Assembly: GCA_963626095.1 (NCBI GenBank)
Contig: CAVFVK010000001.1
Coordinates: 1 to 63,041, forward strand
Source of the DNA: a bacterium
Lineage (GTDB): Bacteria > Patescibacteriota > Saccharimonadia > Saccharimonadales > Saccharimonadaceae
Length of the DNA: 63,041 bases
Direction: 5' to 3'
This document shows, in pieces, positions 40,508 to 50,295 of this stretch (the stretch's first letter is position 1; each line of letters opens with the position of its first letter). The notes below the pieces were generated by a model. It made no database searches. It had not been told where the DNA came from and worked only from the letters and a program-made list of their open reading frames with translations. The position numbers and the translations under genes were made by a program.

Positions 40508-42601
40508 CTACAACAAGCTCGGCGGGTCCAGCGACACCTTAAAATTTTTATCTAGCCCATCGCAAATCTGCGTTAGTTTTGCCCGCGACCGCGTCCGTAC
40601 TACCAGTTGCCACGTAAATCCTCGCGCCGTTCGCTCGTGGAACGCCGGCTGGGGCGGGGAAACCTTCAGCTCCGGGTCCGAACTTAATTTTCGCACCAAT
40701 TCCCGCACTTTTCGCACCACCACCGCCTCTGTTTTCATCGTGATTTCGAGTTTCATCACGAACCGAAACGGCGGAAATCCCGCTTTCTGTCGCCGCTGAA
40801 TTTCATATTGATAAAACCCCTGATAATCACCCTGTGCCGCAAACCTCAGCACCGGGTGTTCCGGCCGAAAAGTCTGGATTAGCACTTCCGCCGTCTCTAA
40901 ATGCCCCCGTCCAACTCGCCCTATTACTTGAGTTAATAACTGAAAAGTTCGTTCCTCGGCCGAAAAATCCGGCAACGCCATCCCCGCATCCGCCTGTACC
41001 ACCCCAACAGTTGCAAGCTTCGGTAGGTCCAGCCCCTTGGCCACCACCTGCGTCCCGATTAAAATATCCACCTCACCATCTCTCACCTCTGTAAACATCG
41101 CCTCTAGTCCCTCACCTTTTTTATTATCCGCGTCAAATCGTTGCACCCGCGCCTTCGGGAACAATTTTTTCATCTCCGTCTCTAGTAGCTTCGTCCCAAA
41201 CCCCTTATGCATAATCCCCGGATGCCCACATTTCGGACAGCTCGTCGGCACATTCATCTCGAATCCACAAGTATGACACCGCAAAGTATAACTATCCGTG
41301 TGCAAAGTCAGCGGCAAAAAACAATGCGGGCAAAGAAGTTCCTCGCCACACTTTTCACAAATCGTCAGCGGCGCCGACCCCCGTCGGTTATGAAAAATCA
41401 GCGTTTGCCGCCCCTGTTCCAGATTTTGCTGAATTTTATCAAGCAAACTATCACAAAAATACCGATTTTTCCGAAAATCAGCCCGCTCTTTAAAATCCAC
41501 AATTTTCACTTCCGCCGCCCGCGCCTCTTGCTTAGCTTTTTGAGTCAGCTCCACCACCGACCCCTGTCTAGACGCCAAATAATAGTCCTCGATACTGGGC
41601 GTCGCCGACCCGAGAACACAGTCAATTTTCAGTTCCCTTGCCATCGCACTCGCCACTCGCACCGCCGAATATTTAGGGGTGTTTTCTTGGTAATAACTCG
41701 TCTCATGCTCCTCGTCAATAATAATCAGCCCCAAATTCGCAAGCGGTGCAAACAACGCCGACCTCGGCCCTAGCACGATTTTTGGTTCCTCGGACAACAG
41801 GAGGGAATTAAAAATCAGATGTCGCTCCGCCTCAGTCTGTTTTGAGTGAATTAACACCACATTTTCTCCAAACACCCGCCGAAACACCTGCACCAATTGT
41901 CCCGTCAAAGCGATCTCCGGCACCAAAACGACAGTCGATTTTTGCCGTCTAGACGCGTCTAGCGCCATTTTAAGGTAGATGTTCGTTTTACCACTACCAG
42001 TAACGCCAAACAGCAGTTTCGTCGCACTACGGGCCTGCTGGAGGCCTTTCAGGGCATTTTTTTGGGCAATATTAAGTGGAATATCGGCCTTTGATTTATC
42101 ATGGACGGGTGGTATCGCCGGAGGGGACAATTGAACTAGGGTAGAATGCTTGTGGACATTCCGAGCGGGCGACGTCTGTGGAAGGGTTCCCACGAAGCTC
42201 GCAGGAGCGTTAGCTCCGAGAGGACGTCGTGGGAGGGAAACAGACGGCAGGACCCGCTCGGCATTAATTCCGAACATTTGTTCGGTTTTTGCTCCGCGCC
42301 TCTGTTTCTCGACCCCTTTGGGCAAAATCAACCCCACCCCCGCCCCACTCGGCACACAATAATATTCGTGAATAAATTTCACCGCCACAAGCAGCTGCCT
42401 CGGCAACGGCTTTGAATACAAAATTTTCGCAATCGGCTTAGTCTCAAAATCCGGTTGAGCAACTTTTTTCACTACCACCCCCGGCACAGTCCGTCGCCCT
42501 ACCGGCACCAACACCACCGTCCCTGGTGCCAACACTTCAGTTCCTAGTCCAGCATACGTCAACGCTTCCATTCGCCCCTCCGGTATCACCTCATAATACA
42601 T
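40508..42601 (-). CDS. priA: Primosomal protein N'
   Basis: GVTGSGKT, DEEH, four CxxC pairs, QVIGRVGR; start MYYEV. Confidence 0.95.
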   Translation of the reverse strand: MYYEVIPEGRMEALTYAGLGTEVLAPGTVVLVPVGRRTVPGVVVKKVAQPDFETKPIAKILYSKPLPRQLLVAVKFIHEYYCVPSGAGVGLILPKGVEKQRRGAKTEQMFGINAERVLPSVSLPRRPLGANAPASFVGTLPQTSPARNVHKHSTLVQLSPPAIPPVHDKSKADIPLNIAQKNALKGLQQARSATKLLFGVTGSGKTNIYLKMALDASRRQKSTVVLVPEIALTGQLVQVFRRVFGENVVLIHSKQTEAERHLIFNSLLLSEEPKIVLGPRSALFAPLANLGLIIIDEEHETSYYQENTPKYSAVRVASAMARELKIDCVLGSATPSIEDYYLASRQGSVVELTQKAKQEARAAEVKIVDFKERADFRKNRYFCDSLLDKIQQNLEQGRQTLIFHNRRGSAPLTICEKCGEELLCPHCFLPLTLHTDSYTLRCHTCGFEMNVPTSCPKCGHPGIMHKGFGTKLLETEMKKLFPKARVQRFDADNKKGEGLEAMFTEVRDGEVDILIGTQVVAKGLDLPKLATVGVVQADAGMALPDFSAEERTFQLLTQVIGRVGRGHLETAEVLIQTFRPEHPVLRFAAQGDYQGFYQYEIQRRQKAGFPPFRFVMKLEITMKTEAVVVRKVRELVRKLSSDPELKVSPPQPAFHERTARGFTWQLVVRTRSRAKLTQICDGLDKNFKVSLDPPSLL
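42161..42261. repeat. Long imperfect palindrome inside the priA reading frame
   Basis: CCGAGCGGG/CCCGCTCGG, CGTCTGT/ACAGACG, TCCCACGA/TCGTGGGA, GGAGC/GCTCC nested stems. Confidence 0.85.
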
Positions 42602-42713
42602 GCTCTCATTATAGCACGTTTTCGCTATCTCAACCCCCGCGCCCCAAACCGTTGTAAAAATTACCCCAAATCCCACAATCCGTGCTATAATAAGAGAAGT
42701 TAAGTGAGGTAAT

Positions 42714-43004
42714 ATGCTAGACATTTTCGTTACATCAAGGGTGCGTCGCAAAATTATCGTCGTTTTTGCCAAATATCCCGATTTCAAAACCCACGTCCGC
42801 GGGCTGGCAAAGCTCATCAAAGAGGACCCTGGCAACATCCAAAGAGAACTAAACCGCATGGTGGACGGCAAATTTCTCCTTGTCACCAAAAAAGGCAAAA
42901 CCAAAATCTACCAAACCAACAAACAATTCCCAATCCTAAAAGAGCTCCAAAGTATCGTCATTAAGAGTCAAAAAAAGAACAAACCCAGCAAAACTATCGG
43001 CTAA
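42714..43004 (+). CDS. Small winged-HTH protein
   Basis: SRVRRKI...HVRGLAK...GNIQREL; resembles the N-terminus of 7720-8325. Confidence 0.75.
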   Translation: MLDIFVTSRVRRKIIVVFAKYPDFKTHVRGLAKLIKEDPGNIQRELNRMVDGKFLLVTKKGKTKIYQTNKQFPILKELQSIVIKSQKKNKPSKTIG

Positions 43005-43028
43005 ACACACAAATAACAGGGAAACAAA

Positions 43029-44648
43029 ATGAACAAAATTTTTACTCAGCTCATTAAAAAACGCGGTCTCACCCCCGACTTTTTGGAACCAAAATACGAA
43101 AATCTCACCGACCCCTTCGAGCTCCCTGACATGGAAAAAGCCGTCGCCCGCATTAAAACCGCCATTAAAAACTCCGAAAAAATCCTCATTTACGGCGATT
43201 ACGACGTGGACGGCGTTACCGCTAGTACTGTCATGGAACAAACTCTAAAATTCGCCGGCGTTAAACCCGAAAATATCAACATTATGCTCCCCGACCGTTT
43301 CGCTGACGGCTATGGTATGAGTCCACGTCTCATCACCCGTGCTAAAGATACCAACACCACCCTCGTCATCACCGTCGACTGTGGCTCACGCAACCACGCT
43401 ATCGTTGAAGAGCTAAACACGCTCAAAATCGACAGTATAATCACCGATCACCACGAAACCGAAGATACTCTCCCTGATGCTATTGCGATTTTAAACCCCA
43501 AACGGCGCGACGCCCCCTGTGAAAAACTAAACAATTTGGCTGGCGTCGGCGTAGCGTTTAAACTCGCCGAAGCACTCGTCAAAGCAGGTCTCATCAAAAA
43601 CGGTCTAGAAAAATGGTTGCTCGATCTCGTCCTCATCGGTACCATTTGCGACAGCATGACCCTAACCGGCGAAAACCGCATTCTCTGTTATTTCGGCATG
43701 AAAGTCCTAGCCAAAACTCGTCGCCCCGGTCTCCTAGAAATCTGCAAAATAGCCAAGGTTAAGGAAATCAATTCCGAAACTATCGGTTTTGGTATCGGCC
43801 CGCGCCTTAACGCTGCCGGTCGCCTCAAAACCGCCGAAATTGCACTCAACCTCTTACGCACCAGCTCCCACGCAGAAGCAGCCAAACTAGCCAAAAAAGT
43901 CGAAGATTTAAATCGTGAGCGCAAAACCGCCCAAGACCAAGCCATGCAAGAGATAGAACAACACGAACCTGGCGAAAAAACCTCGGTGATTATCGAAACC
44001 GGTCCTTGGCACGAGGGCGTAATCGGCGTCGTAGCTGGGCGTTTGGTCGAGAAATACCACAAGCCCGCATTTGTCCTAACCGAAGTTTCTAACGGTATTT
44101 ATAAGGGGTCGGGACGCAGTTTTGGCGACTTTAATCTCGCCGAGGCTTTGAATTATGCCAAAGAAGCCATCATTAGCGGTGGTGGTCATGCCGGCGCAGC
44201 CGGAGTTAAAGTCGCAGAGAAAGACCTCTACGCTTTTCGTGAAAAAATCAACGCCTATTACGACAGTCTAAATCTCAAAAACCAAGCCAAATATCTCAAA
44301 TTCACCCCAGATTTAGCCCTTAGTGACCTCGCCGACATCGACCTCGACCTCATCACCGAGCTTAGCACCCTTGAGCCTTTCGGGCAAGGGAACGAAGAGC
44401 CAATTTTTCTGCTCGAAGACTTCAAAATCAACCAAGTTATCCTGCTCGGTGCCAACAAAAACCACCTCCGCATCGATTTTGCCGATAATGAAGGCCGAAC
44501 CATTAAAACCATCGCCTTTTTCGCCCCCGAAAACTGGCTCAAACTCACCTCTGACGACCACGTCTCGGCACTCATCAAATTAGTCAAAAACGAGTTCGCC
44601 GGCATCCAGACCGCCGAAGCTCGCATTGTCGACCTTTCTGTGTTATAA
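43029..44648 (+). CDS. recJ: ssDNA exonuclease RecJ
   Basis: GDYDVDG, TVDCG, TDHH, PRLNAAGRL, GGHAGAAG. Confidence 0.95.
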   Translation: MNKIFTQLIKKRGLTPDFLEPKYENLTDPFELPDMEKAVARIKTAIKNSEKILIYGDYDVDGVTASTVMEQTLKFAGVKPENINIMLPDRFADGYGMSPRLITRAKDTNTTLVITVDCGSRNHAIVEELNTLKIDSIITDHHETEDTLPDAIAILNPKRRDAPCEKLNNLAGVGVAFKLAEALVKAGLIKNGLEKWLLDLVLIGTICDSMTLTGENRILCYFGMKVLAKTRRPGLLEICKIAKVKEINSETIGFGIGPRLNAAGRLKTAEIALNLLRTSSHAEAAKLAKKVEDLNRERKTAQDQAMQEIEQHEPGEKTSVIIETGPWHEGVIGVVAGRLVEKYHKPAFVLTEVSNGIYKGSGRSFGDFNLAEALNYAKEAIISGGGHAGAAGVKVAEKDLYAFREKINAYYDSLNLKNQAKYLKFTPDLALSDLADIDLDLITELSTLEPFGQGNEEPIFLLEDFKINQVILLGANKNHLRIDFADNEGRTIKTIAFFAPENWLKLTSDDHVSALIKLVKNEFAGIQTAEARIVDLSVL

Positions 44649-44655
44649 TATAGCC

Positions 44656-45186
44656 ATGAAAAAAGTTATTTTGAAGGCTAAATTAAAAAGTCGCGATAGT
44701 TTTGAGGACAAACTTTCCGATATCGACCTAGATTTTTCCGCAATTTATTGGCAACACGACCGAGTCTACGTCCCTAAAAACTACCAACCGCACGCCAATT
44801 TTCCGCGTCTTGTCATGCGCACCGAAATCAAAGCCGTCGACAGACCCGCGAAATACTACTTTATTCTAAAACGCCACATCGAAGATTCCGGTGTCGACAT
44901 TGTCGAAACCACCGAGGTTAAAGATTACGAAAAACTGGTAAACATTATTATGCAACTTGGGTTTAAGCTGATGAAAGAAGTCTCTCGCCGTCGCCAAACA
45001 TTGATCATGGGCGAGGGAACTAAAATCCACCTCGACAAAATCGACGCCCTCCCCGGCTATTACGCCAAAATCGAATCCGAACTCGGCCCAGACGACTCCG
45101 TCGTCGAAGCCAGAACCGACCTCGAAAAAACTTTCGAAACCCTTGGCGAAGCCAACTTCGTTAAAGACGCCTACTTTGAATTGTAG
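44656..45186 (+). CDS. CYTH (class IV adenylate cyclase-like) domain protein
   Basis: QHDRVY, LVMR, ETTEVKD, IHLDKID, C-terminal YFEL. Confidence 0.7.
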   Translation: MKKVILKAKLKSRDSFEDKLSDIDLDFSAIYWQHDRVYVPKNYQPHANFPRLVMRTEIKAVDRPAKYYFILKRHIEDSGVDIVETTEVKDYEKLVNIIMQLGFKLMKEVSRRRQTLIMGEGTKIHLDKIDALPGYYAKIESELGPDDSVVEARTDLEKTFETLGEANFVKDAYFEL

Positions 45187-45262
45187 CTCTCTCATCAAAA
45201 GCGCTTATTTTTGAACTATAAAGCTCTTTTTGGTTGCATAAAAAGGCTGAAAATTTGGGATA

Positions 45263-46237
45263 TTACCCTCTAGGTGGCTCTCCATCCGGCTCACCGAGCA
45301 ACTTTTTCGACTTAATCTCGTATCGTCGCCCATTTACCGGCGAAACATAATAATCTTCGTTCAACAAATTTACAAACATGGTTAAATCTTTATCATCCAT
45401 AATAATAATCGACCCATCATCGTCCGTCATCAGCTCTAGTTGCATCTCATCCGCATAATCCAACAATTTTTCTTGGGGCATCTCCTCGGCAATGTCCATC
45501 GCCTGCACTTTTTTCAAAATCGGCTTTTTGTCAGCGAGCAAAGCGTCCAGCGTCAGCCCCTCCGCAAATGACAATTTATATTTTTCACACAATTCCTTCG
45601 CTTTCGCCTCAGCAATCACCTGCGACTTGTAATCGTATTGAAACAAATTCTCGAATTTCGCCTGATTAAACACGATAATCGTCTTGTCCACAATCGCCAC
45701 TTGGTTGTCTTCCGGCATTTTTAGCGCAATTTCCGCCGAAAACGGTTCAAAACTCTCGCCATTAATCTCCCAAGACGTCGCACCCTTAAGCGCCGACGAC
45801 GCTGGCAGTAGTTTCGCGATATAAAAAGTTTTCGTCCCGTCCTCGCCGCCCGGATAGGTAAACTTCGCAATAATCCCCTTCACCTTCTTAAAATCGTACT
45901 CATTTTCCGAAAAATAATCAATGTCTTTATACTCATTTTCAATCAAATGAATCAAAGTCTCCGCCCGCCCGACTTTCGACAGGGAAGTTTTATAAATCAC
46001 CTTTTCCTCACCGTCCGCCTTCTCATATTCTCGGCATTCCAACCCCTTTTCCGCCTCCTCGTTCACAAAATTCGCCGCCTCTTGCATAAACATCGCCTTC
46101 ACCGCCCCTGTCAGCTTGTCCGAATACTTAATCTTAAATGGTGTATAGTTTTTATTAAATAAAAACAACTCCGCGGAAACATTATTTTTTACCTCGTCAA
46201 TCTCGTTCGCCCAGAGAAACACATCAAATTCTTCCAT
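45263..46237 (-). CDS. Acidic protein, possibly DUF4868 (Kiwa KwaB-like)
   Basis: 324 aa; FENLFQY and FVNLLNEDY resemble DUF4868 as recalled, not searched. Confidence 0.5.
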   Translation of the reverse strand: MEEFDVFLWANEIDEVKNNVSAELFLFNKNYTPFKIKYSDKLTGAVKAMFMQEAANFVNEEAEKGLECREYEKADGEEKVIYKTSLSKVGRAETLIHLIENEYKDIDYFSENEYDFKKVKGIIAKFTYPGGEDGTKTFYIAKLLPASSALKGATSWEINGESFEPFSAEIALKMPEDNQVAIVDKTIIVFNQAKFENLFQYDYKSQVIAEAKAKELCEKYKLSFAEGLTLDALLADKKPILKKVQAMDIAEEMPQEKLLDYADEMQLELMTDDDGSIIIMDDKDLTMFVNLLNEDYYVSPVNGRRYEIKSKKLLGEPDGEPPRG

Positions 46238-46288
46238 TTTTACCTCTCTTATCTTTTACCCATTATACCACATCCTATGCAGTATTTT

Positions 46289-46366
46289 GCAATCAGAAAT
46301 GCCTTTTGAGGACCGTAAGCTTGGCCGAACGGCCTTGAGTGTGTCCGAAAAAGGCATTTTGATTGC
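46289..46366. repeat. Imperfect palindrome
   Basis: GCAATCA/TGATTGC, AAATGCCTTTT/AAAAGGCATTT, GGCC-GAAC-GGCC. Confidence 0.75.
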
Positions 46367-46539
46367 CCTACGGGCTATTCTTCAAGTGTTCGGTTATTAA
46401 ACCACATTTTCGGCAATTTTCAACGCGCTTTGTTCGGTAAATTAACAGGGAAGTTTTCCACAATTGTTGAAAACTAAAAAGTACAAAAAAGTCCAAAAAA
46501 GCTCTTGCTAAAATTTAAAAAATATCATAAACTAATGTT

Positions 46540-46820
46540 AAGCGAATACAACAACAAAAACGCGAAACAAAAGCACATTAACAAAGTTTGAGACCGACCA
46601 ACTAGGAGCTTTGGCGCGCATTAAAACTTAAGCGAGATGCGACAAAACAATCGCGCGCACCTTCCTCAAAACACACCTCCCAATAAAAACTCTATGGTCT
46701 ATCACACAATAAGTCTCTCAACGGCTACGATCAAGCATCGTGGTGGCTCTATTGTGCTAAACAAAAAATAAAGCAAACACAAACCCGCCTCAGTTTCTAG
46801 TTGAACGGTCTCAAACGAAC
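46540..46820 (+). ncRNA. Candidate structured RNA upstream of rsmH
   Basis: TTGCTA-17-TAAACT promoter; closing stems GTTTGAGACCG/CGGTCTCAAAC and CAACTAG/CTAGTTG. Confidence 0.5.
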
Positions 46821-46842
46821 AAAAACAGTGTATAATATACAC

Positions 46843-47718
46843 ATGGAGAAACTACATATCCCAGTGTTATTATCAGAAGTCCTAGCGGGGCTCGAACCAA
46901 AACCCGGCGAAAGTTATCTTGACTTAACCGCAGGTTATGGTGGGCACGCTAGCGAAATTTTGGCTGTGACACAGAATTATAAAGATTCTTGTCTGGTTGA
47001 TCGCGACGAATTTGCTATTGAATATTTGAAACAGCATTTTCCGTCCGCAATCAGCCTGAAACATACGGATTTTTATAGTGCAGTGCTGCAACTTTTCGAG
47101 TGTGGAGCGACTTTTGATTTAATTCTCGCGGATTTTGGAGTTTCTTCTCCGCAACTAGACATGGCCGAGCGTGGCTTTTCGTTCAAAAACGACGCCCCTC
47201 TGGACATGCGGATGGATCGCAGGCAGGGAAGAACCGCCGCCGACATCATCAACAAAGCTAGCGAACGGGAACTAGCCGAAATTTTCATTAACTTCGGCGA
47301 AGAAAAGCCCGGACGCGCCAAGATGTTGGCTCGCGAAATCGTTCATCACCGCCCGCTAAACACCACTAGCGAACTCGCGGATTTAATCAAATCCAAATCT
47401 CGCTATTCACACATCCATCCCGCCACCAAGGTCTTCCAAGCGGTCCGCATCGCAGTCAACAACGAGCTCGGCGAAATCGAACAGACTCTCCCCTTGCTCC
47501 CCAAACTGCTAAATAAAAACGGCCGACTCGGAATCATTACCTTCCACAGTCTAGAAGACCGGTTAGTCAAGGACTACTTCAAAGCGGCCACCAGCCTCGG
47601 CGAAGAATCCCCCTTGGAACTAATCAACAAAAAGCCTATCGTTGCGGAGAGTGAGGAGTTAGTTATCAACCCGCGATCGCGCAGCGCTAAATTGCGCCTG
47701 GCTCGGAAGCGGAATTGA
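46843..47718 (+). CDS. rsmH: 16S rRNA m4C1402 methyltransferase
   Basis: HIPVLL, GYGGHA, DFGVSSPQLD, PLDMRMD, TFHSLEDR, NPRSRSAKLR. Confidence 0.96.
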   Translation: MEKLHIPVLLSEVLAGLEPKPGESYLDLTAGYGGHASEILAVTQNYKDSCLVDRDEFAIEYLKQHFPSAISLKHTDFYSAVLQLFECGATFDLILADFGVSSPQLDMAERGFSFKNDAPLDMRMDRRQGRTAADIINKASERELAEIFINFGEEKPGRAKMLAREIVHHRPLNTTSELADLIKSKSRYSHIHPATKVFQAVRIAVNNELGEIEQTLPLLPKLLNKNGRLGIITFHSLEDRLVKDYFKAATSLGEESPLELINKKPIVAESEELVINPRSRSAKLRLARKRN

Positions 47719-47754
47719 TAAAAATAAAAACATAAAACAAAAAAAGGAGGCAAA

Positions 47755-47820
47755 ATGCCAAAACAAATCGTAGTTGCGAACAAATCCCGCAAGCAAATCG
47801 TGAAAGTTCATTTCCGCTAG
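47755..47820 (+). CDS. Putative 21-aa peptide MPKQIVVANKSRKQIVKVHFR
   Basis: Strong SD AAAGGAGG-CAAA-ATG. Confidence 0.45.
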   Translation: MPKQIVVANKSRKQIVKVHFR

Positions 47821-47828
47821 GGAGGAGA

Positions 47829-48079
47829 GCTACCGAACATTGCGATTCGAGAGCACTTGCGACAACGGGAGCAAACTTCGAAGCGAGCCCTGTAACGACA
47901 GGCGCGAGCGAGAAGGCTCGAGAATGCAATGTGCGGTAGCACCACGTCAAACGAACTTTACAAACACATGGGCTGATAAAGCCTACCAACAAGAGTTTTC
48001 ACAGAGAGTGTGAAGTGTATGACCTTCCCGGAACGACCCCGATTAGTCACTTATAGCTCTGCTAATCGGCGGTCTCCGG
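47829..48079 (+). other. Structured non-coding segment between rsmH and ftsL
   Basis: GCTACCG/CGGTAGC, CATTGC/GCAATG, TCGAG/CTCGA (47829-47940); CCGATTAG/CTAATCGG hairpin. Confidence 0.6.
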
Positions 48080-48157
48080 ACTAAGTTAAAAAACTAAGTC
48101 AAAAAGGTCAAAAATCAAAAAAATAAAAACAAACAACCAGCGAGGAAAAATAAAAAA

Positions 48158-48508
48158 ATGTTCAATCAAACTTACACCACCCGGCGTGGTGCCACGATTA
48201 CCACGAGCTTCGCGCGCAATCGCAACACCGTTCGCCATACCCGCCGTAGTCTCGGCTCAATCTCTCAAATCGTCATTGTCGGCATGCTGACTTTAGTTTT
48301 TGGTCTGATTTACGTCGCCGAAGGCACCAAGGCTACCAGTTTTGATTACGAACTTTCCTCTGTCGAATCTGAAATTACTGAAATGACCGCCGAAAAAGAA
48401 GATTTAGCGGTCGAGAAAGCGCGTCTAACCTCTGTCGCCACCGCCAAAACCAGTACTGTCGCGGCCGCCATGGAGGATGCCACGGTATCTGGCTATGCAA
48501 CGGAATAA
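48158..48508 (+). CDS. FtsL-like cell division protein
   Basis: Single TM plus coiled coil, between rsmH and ftsI. Confidence 0.7.
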   Translation: MFNQTYTTRRGATITTSFARNRNTVRHTRRSLGSISQIVIVGMLTLVFGLIYVAEGTKATSFDYELSSVESEITEMTAEKEDLAVEKARLTSVATAKTSTVAAAMEDATVSGYATE

Positions 48509-50294
48509 TCTTTCCGCCACCCCTGTAGAACACTCGCATCAGCGACTCAAATTTTTGCATCTCGCCATTCTGGCTCTGCTCGGAATTATCATTATCCGAC
48601 TTTTTTTCATTCAAATCATCGAACACGATTCTTGGGTCGCCAAGGCTGACGACCAACACACCTTACTCGAAACCATCACCGCCAAGCGCGGCGAGATTTA
48701 CATGATGGATCACGGCGAAGCCGTCCCAGTGGTATTAAATCAAACCACTTATCAGGTCGTTATCGACCCCACCATCACCAAAAAAGAAGACATCGAAACC
48801 GTAGTTAAAGATTTTGTCAAAGATTACACCGTGGTCGACCTCGACAACATTTATAGCATCGAGGGCCTGCGCTATGCCGTGGTCGCCAAAAACGTCCCCC
48901 GAACCATCGCCGAACAAATCGCCGACTCCGGTATCTCTGCCATCTGGCTCAAAAAGACCAACCAACGCGTCTATCCCGAAGGTACGCTCGCCTCGGGTTT
49001 GCTCGGGTTCGTGAATGCCGACGGACTAGGTCAATACGGCGTCGAAGGCTCACTTAATAAACAACTCGCCGGCAAAGACGGTCTGGTCAAATCCACTGCC
49101 GACGTGAACAAAGTAGCCCTTTCTATCGGCGACGACAACGTCAAAATCCCAGCCGAGGATGGCGACAATATCGTCCTTTCTATCGACCGTGGTCTCGAGC
49201 AGGGCGTCGAAGAACTCGCCGCCGCGGCCATTGAGCAAACCGCCGCCACTAACGCTAGCGTGCTAATCATGAATCCTAACACCGGGGAAGTTATCAGCAT
49301 GGCAAACCTCCCGAACTACGACCCTGCCAACTACGGCAATGTCGTCGACGCCTCGGCCTACACCAACTACACCACCGAAGTCCCCTACGAGCCGGCTTCA
49401 ATCTGTAAAACCTTCACCTTTTCCGCAGCTTTAAACGAAAATGTCATGACTGCCGACACCACTTATTTCAACGAACACTACACCGTCGTGGACGGCTGGA
49501 AAATCCAAAACGCCGAACAGCGTAGCTCGCTCTACGGCACCATTACTATGAAACGAGCCCTGTACTGGTCTCTAAACACCGGTTCCATCCAAGCTCTGCG
49601 CCTGCTCGGCGGTAGTACTACCGAAATCACTCAGCAAGGTCGCGAAAAACTCTACGATTATTATTACAACAAATTCCGCCTCGGCCAAGCCACCGGTATC
49701 GAACTCATCGAAGCCGTGGGTTATATCGAAGACCCGAACGAGGGCTGGGGTCGCAATTCCACCTACGCCAACATGACTTTCGGCCAGAACCTCGGTATCA
49801 CCATGATTCAAACCGCCACGGCCTTTTCCGCAGTTGTAAACGGCGGTTATTGGCGTACTCCAACCGTGGTCAAAGGCACTCTCGAAAACGGCAAAATCGT
49901 GGAACCCAGCGCGTCCGAAATTGCCGAAAAAACAGGGGTAGAACGGGTCGAAACCAAAATCCTCTCCGACGAGACTTCCGCCGCGATGCGCGACATGCTA
50001 ATCTATAACCGCGATTACAAAGCCAAATACGGCATCGACCGCGCCGGCTACGCCATTGGTGGTAAATCCGGCACCGCTCAAGTTGTGGTCGACGGTGCCT
50101 ATGACGATACTTTTGCTAATCTAGTCGGATCTTATATTGGCTTTGTCGGGCCAAGTGGGGAGTTGCCAAAATACGTAATAATGGTTAAAATGTGGGGAGA
50201 GGGGCAAGGCGTTGGCTCGGGCGATGCCATGAATCTCTTCGATAAGCTGTCTAACTACTTAATCGATTATCTAAAAATTAAACCAGGAGCATAA
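48495..50294 (+). CDS. ftsI: Class B penicillin-binding protein (FtsI)
   Basis: KRGEI, RVYPEG; SxxK (SICK), SxN (SLN), KSG motifs. Confidence 0.88.
   Translation: MQRNNLSATPVEHSHQRLKFLHLAILALLGIIIIRLFFIQIIEHDSWVAKADDQHTLLETITAKRGEIYMMDHGEAVPVVLNQTTYQVVIDPTITKKEDIETVVKDFVKDYTVVDLDNIYSIEGLRYAVVAKNVPRTIAEQIADSGISAIWLKKTNQRVYPEGTLASGLLGFVNADGLGQYGVEGSLNKQLAGKDGLVKSTADVNKVALSIGDDNVKIPAEDGDNIVLSIDRGLEQGVEELAAAAIEQTAATNASVLIMNPNTGEVISMANLPNYDPANYGNVVDASAYTNYTTEVPYEPASICKTFTFSAALNENVMTADTTYFNEHYTVVDGWKIQNAEQRSSLYGTITMKRALYWSLNTGSIQALRLLGGSTTEITQQGREKLYDYYYNKFRLGQATGIELIEAVGYIEDPNEGWGRNSTYANMTFGQNLGITMIQTATAFSAVVNGGYWRTPTVVKGTLENGKIVEPSASEIAEKTGVERVETKILSDETSAAMRDMLIYNRDYKAKYGIDRAGYAIGGKSGTAQVVVDGAYDDTFANLVGSYIGFVGPSGELPKYVIMVKMWGEGQGVGSGDAMNLFDKLSNYLIDYLKIKPGA
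49909..49945 (+). repeat. 42-bp coding repeat, copy 2
   Basis: 36/37 identical to the topA copy. Confidence 0.85.
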
Positions 50295-50295
50295 T

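Noticed and set aside
42602..42904. 101-aa N-terminal extension of PriA in the ORF track
   Set aside because: Overlaps the divergent wHTH gene; the true start follows an extended -10 at 42601
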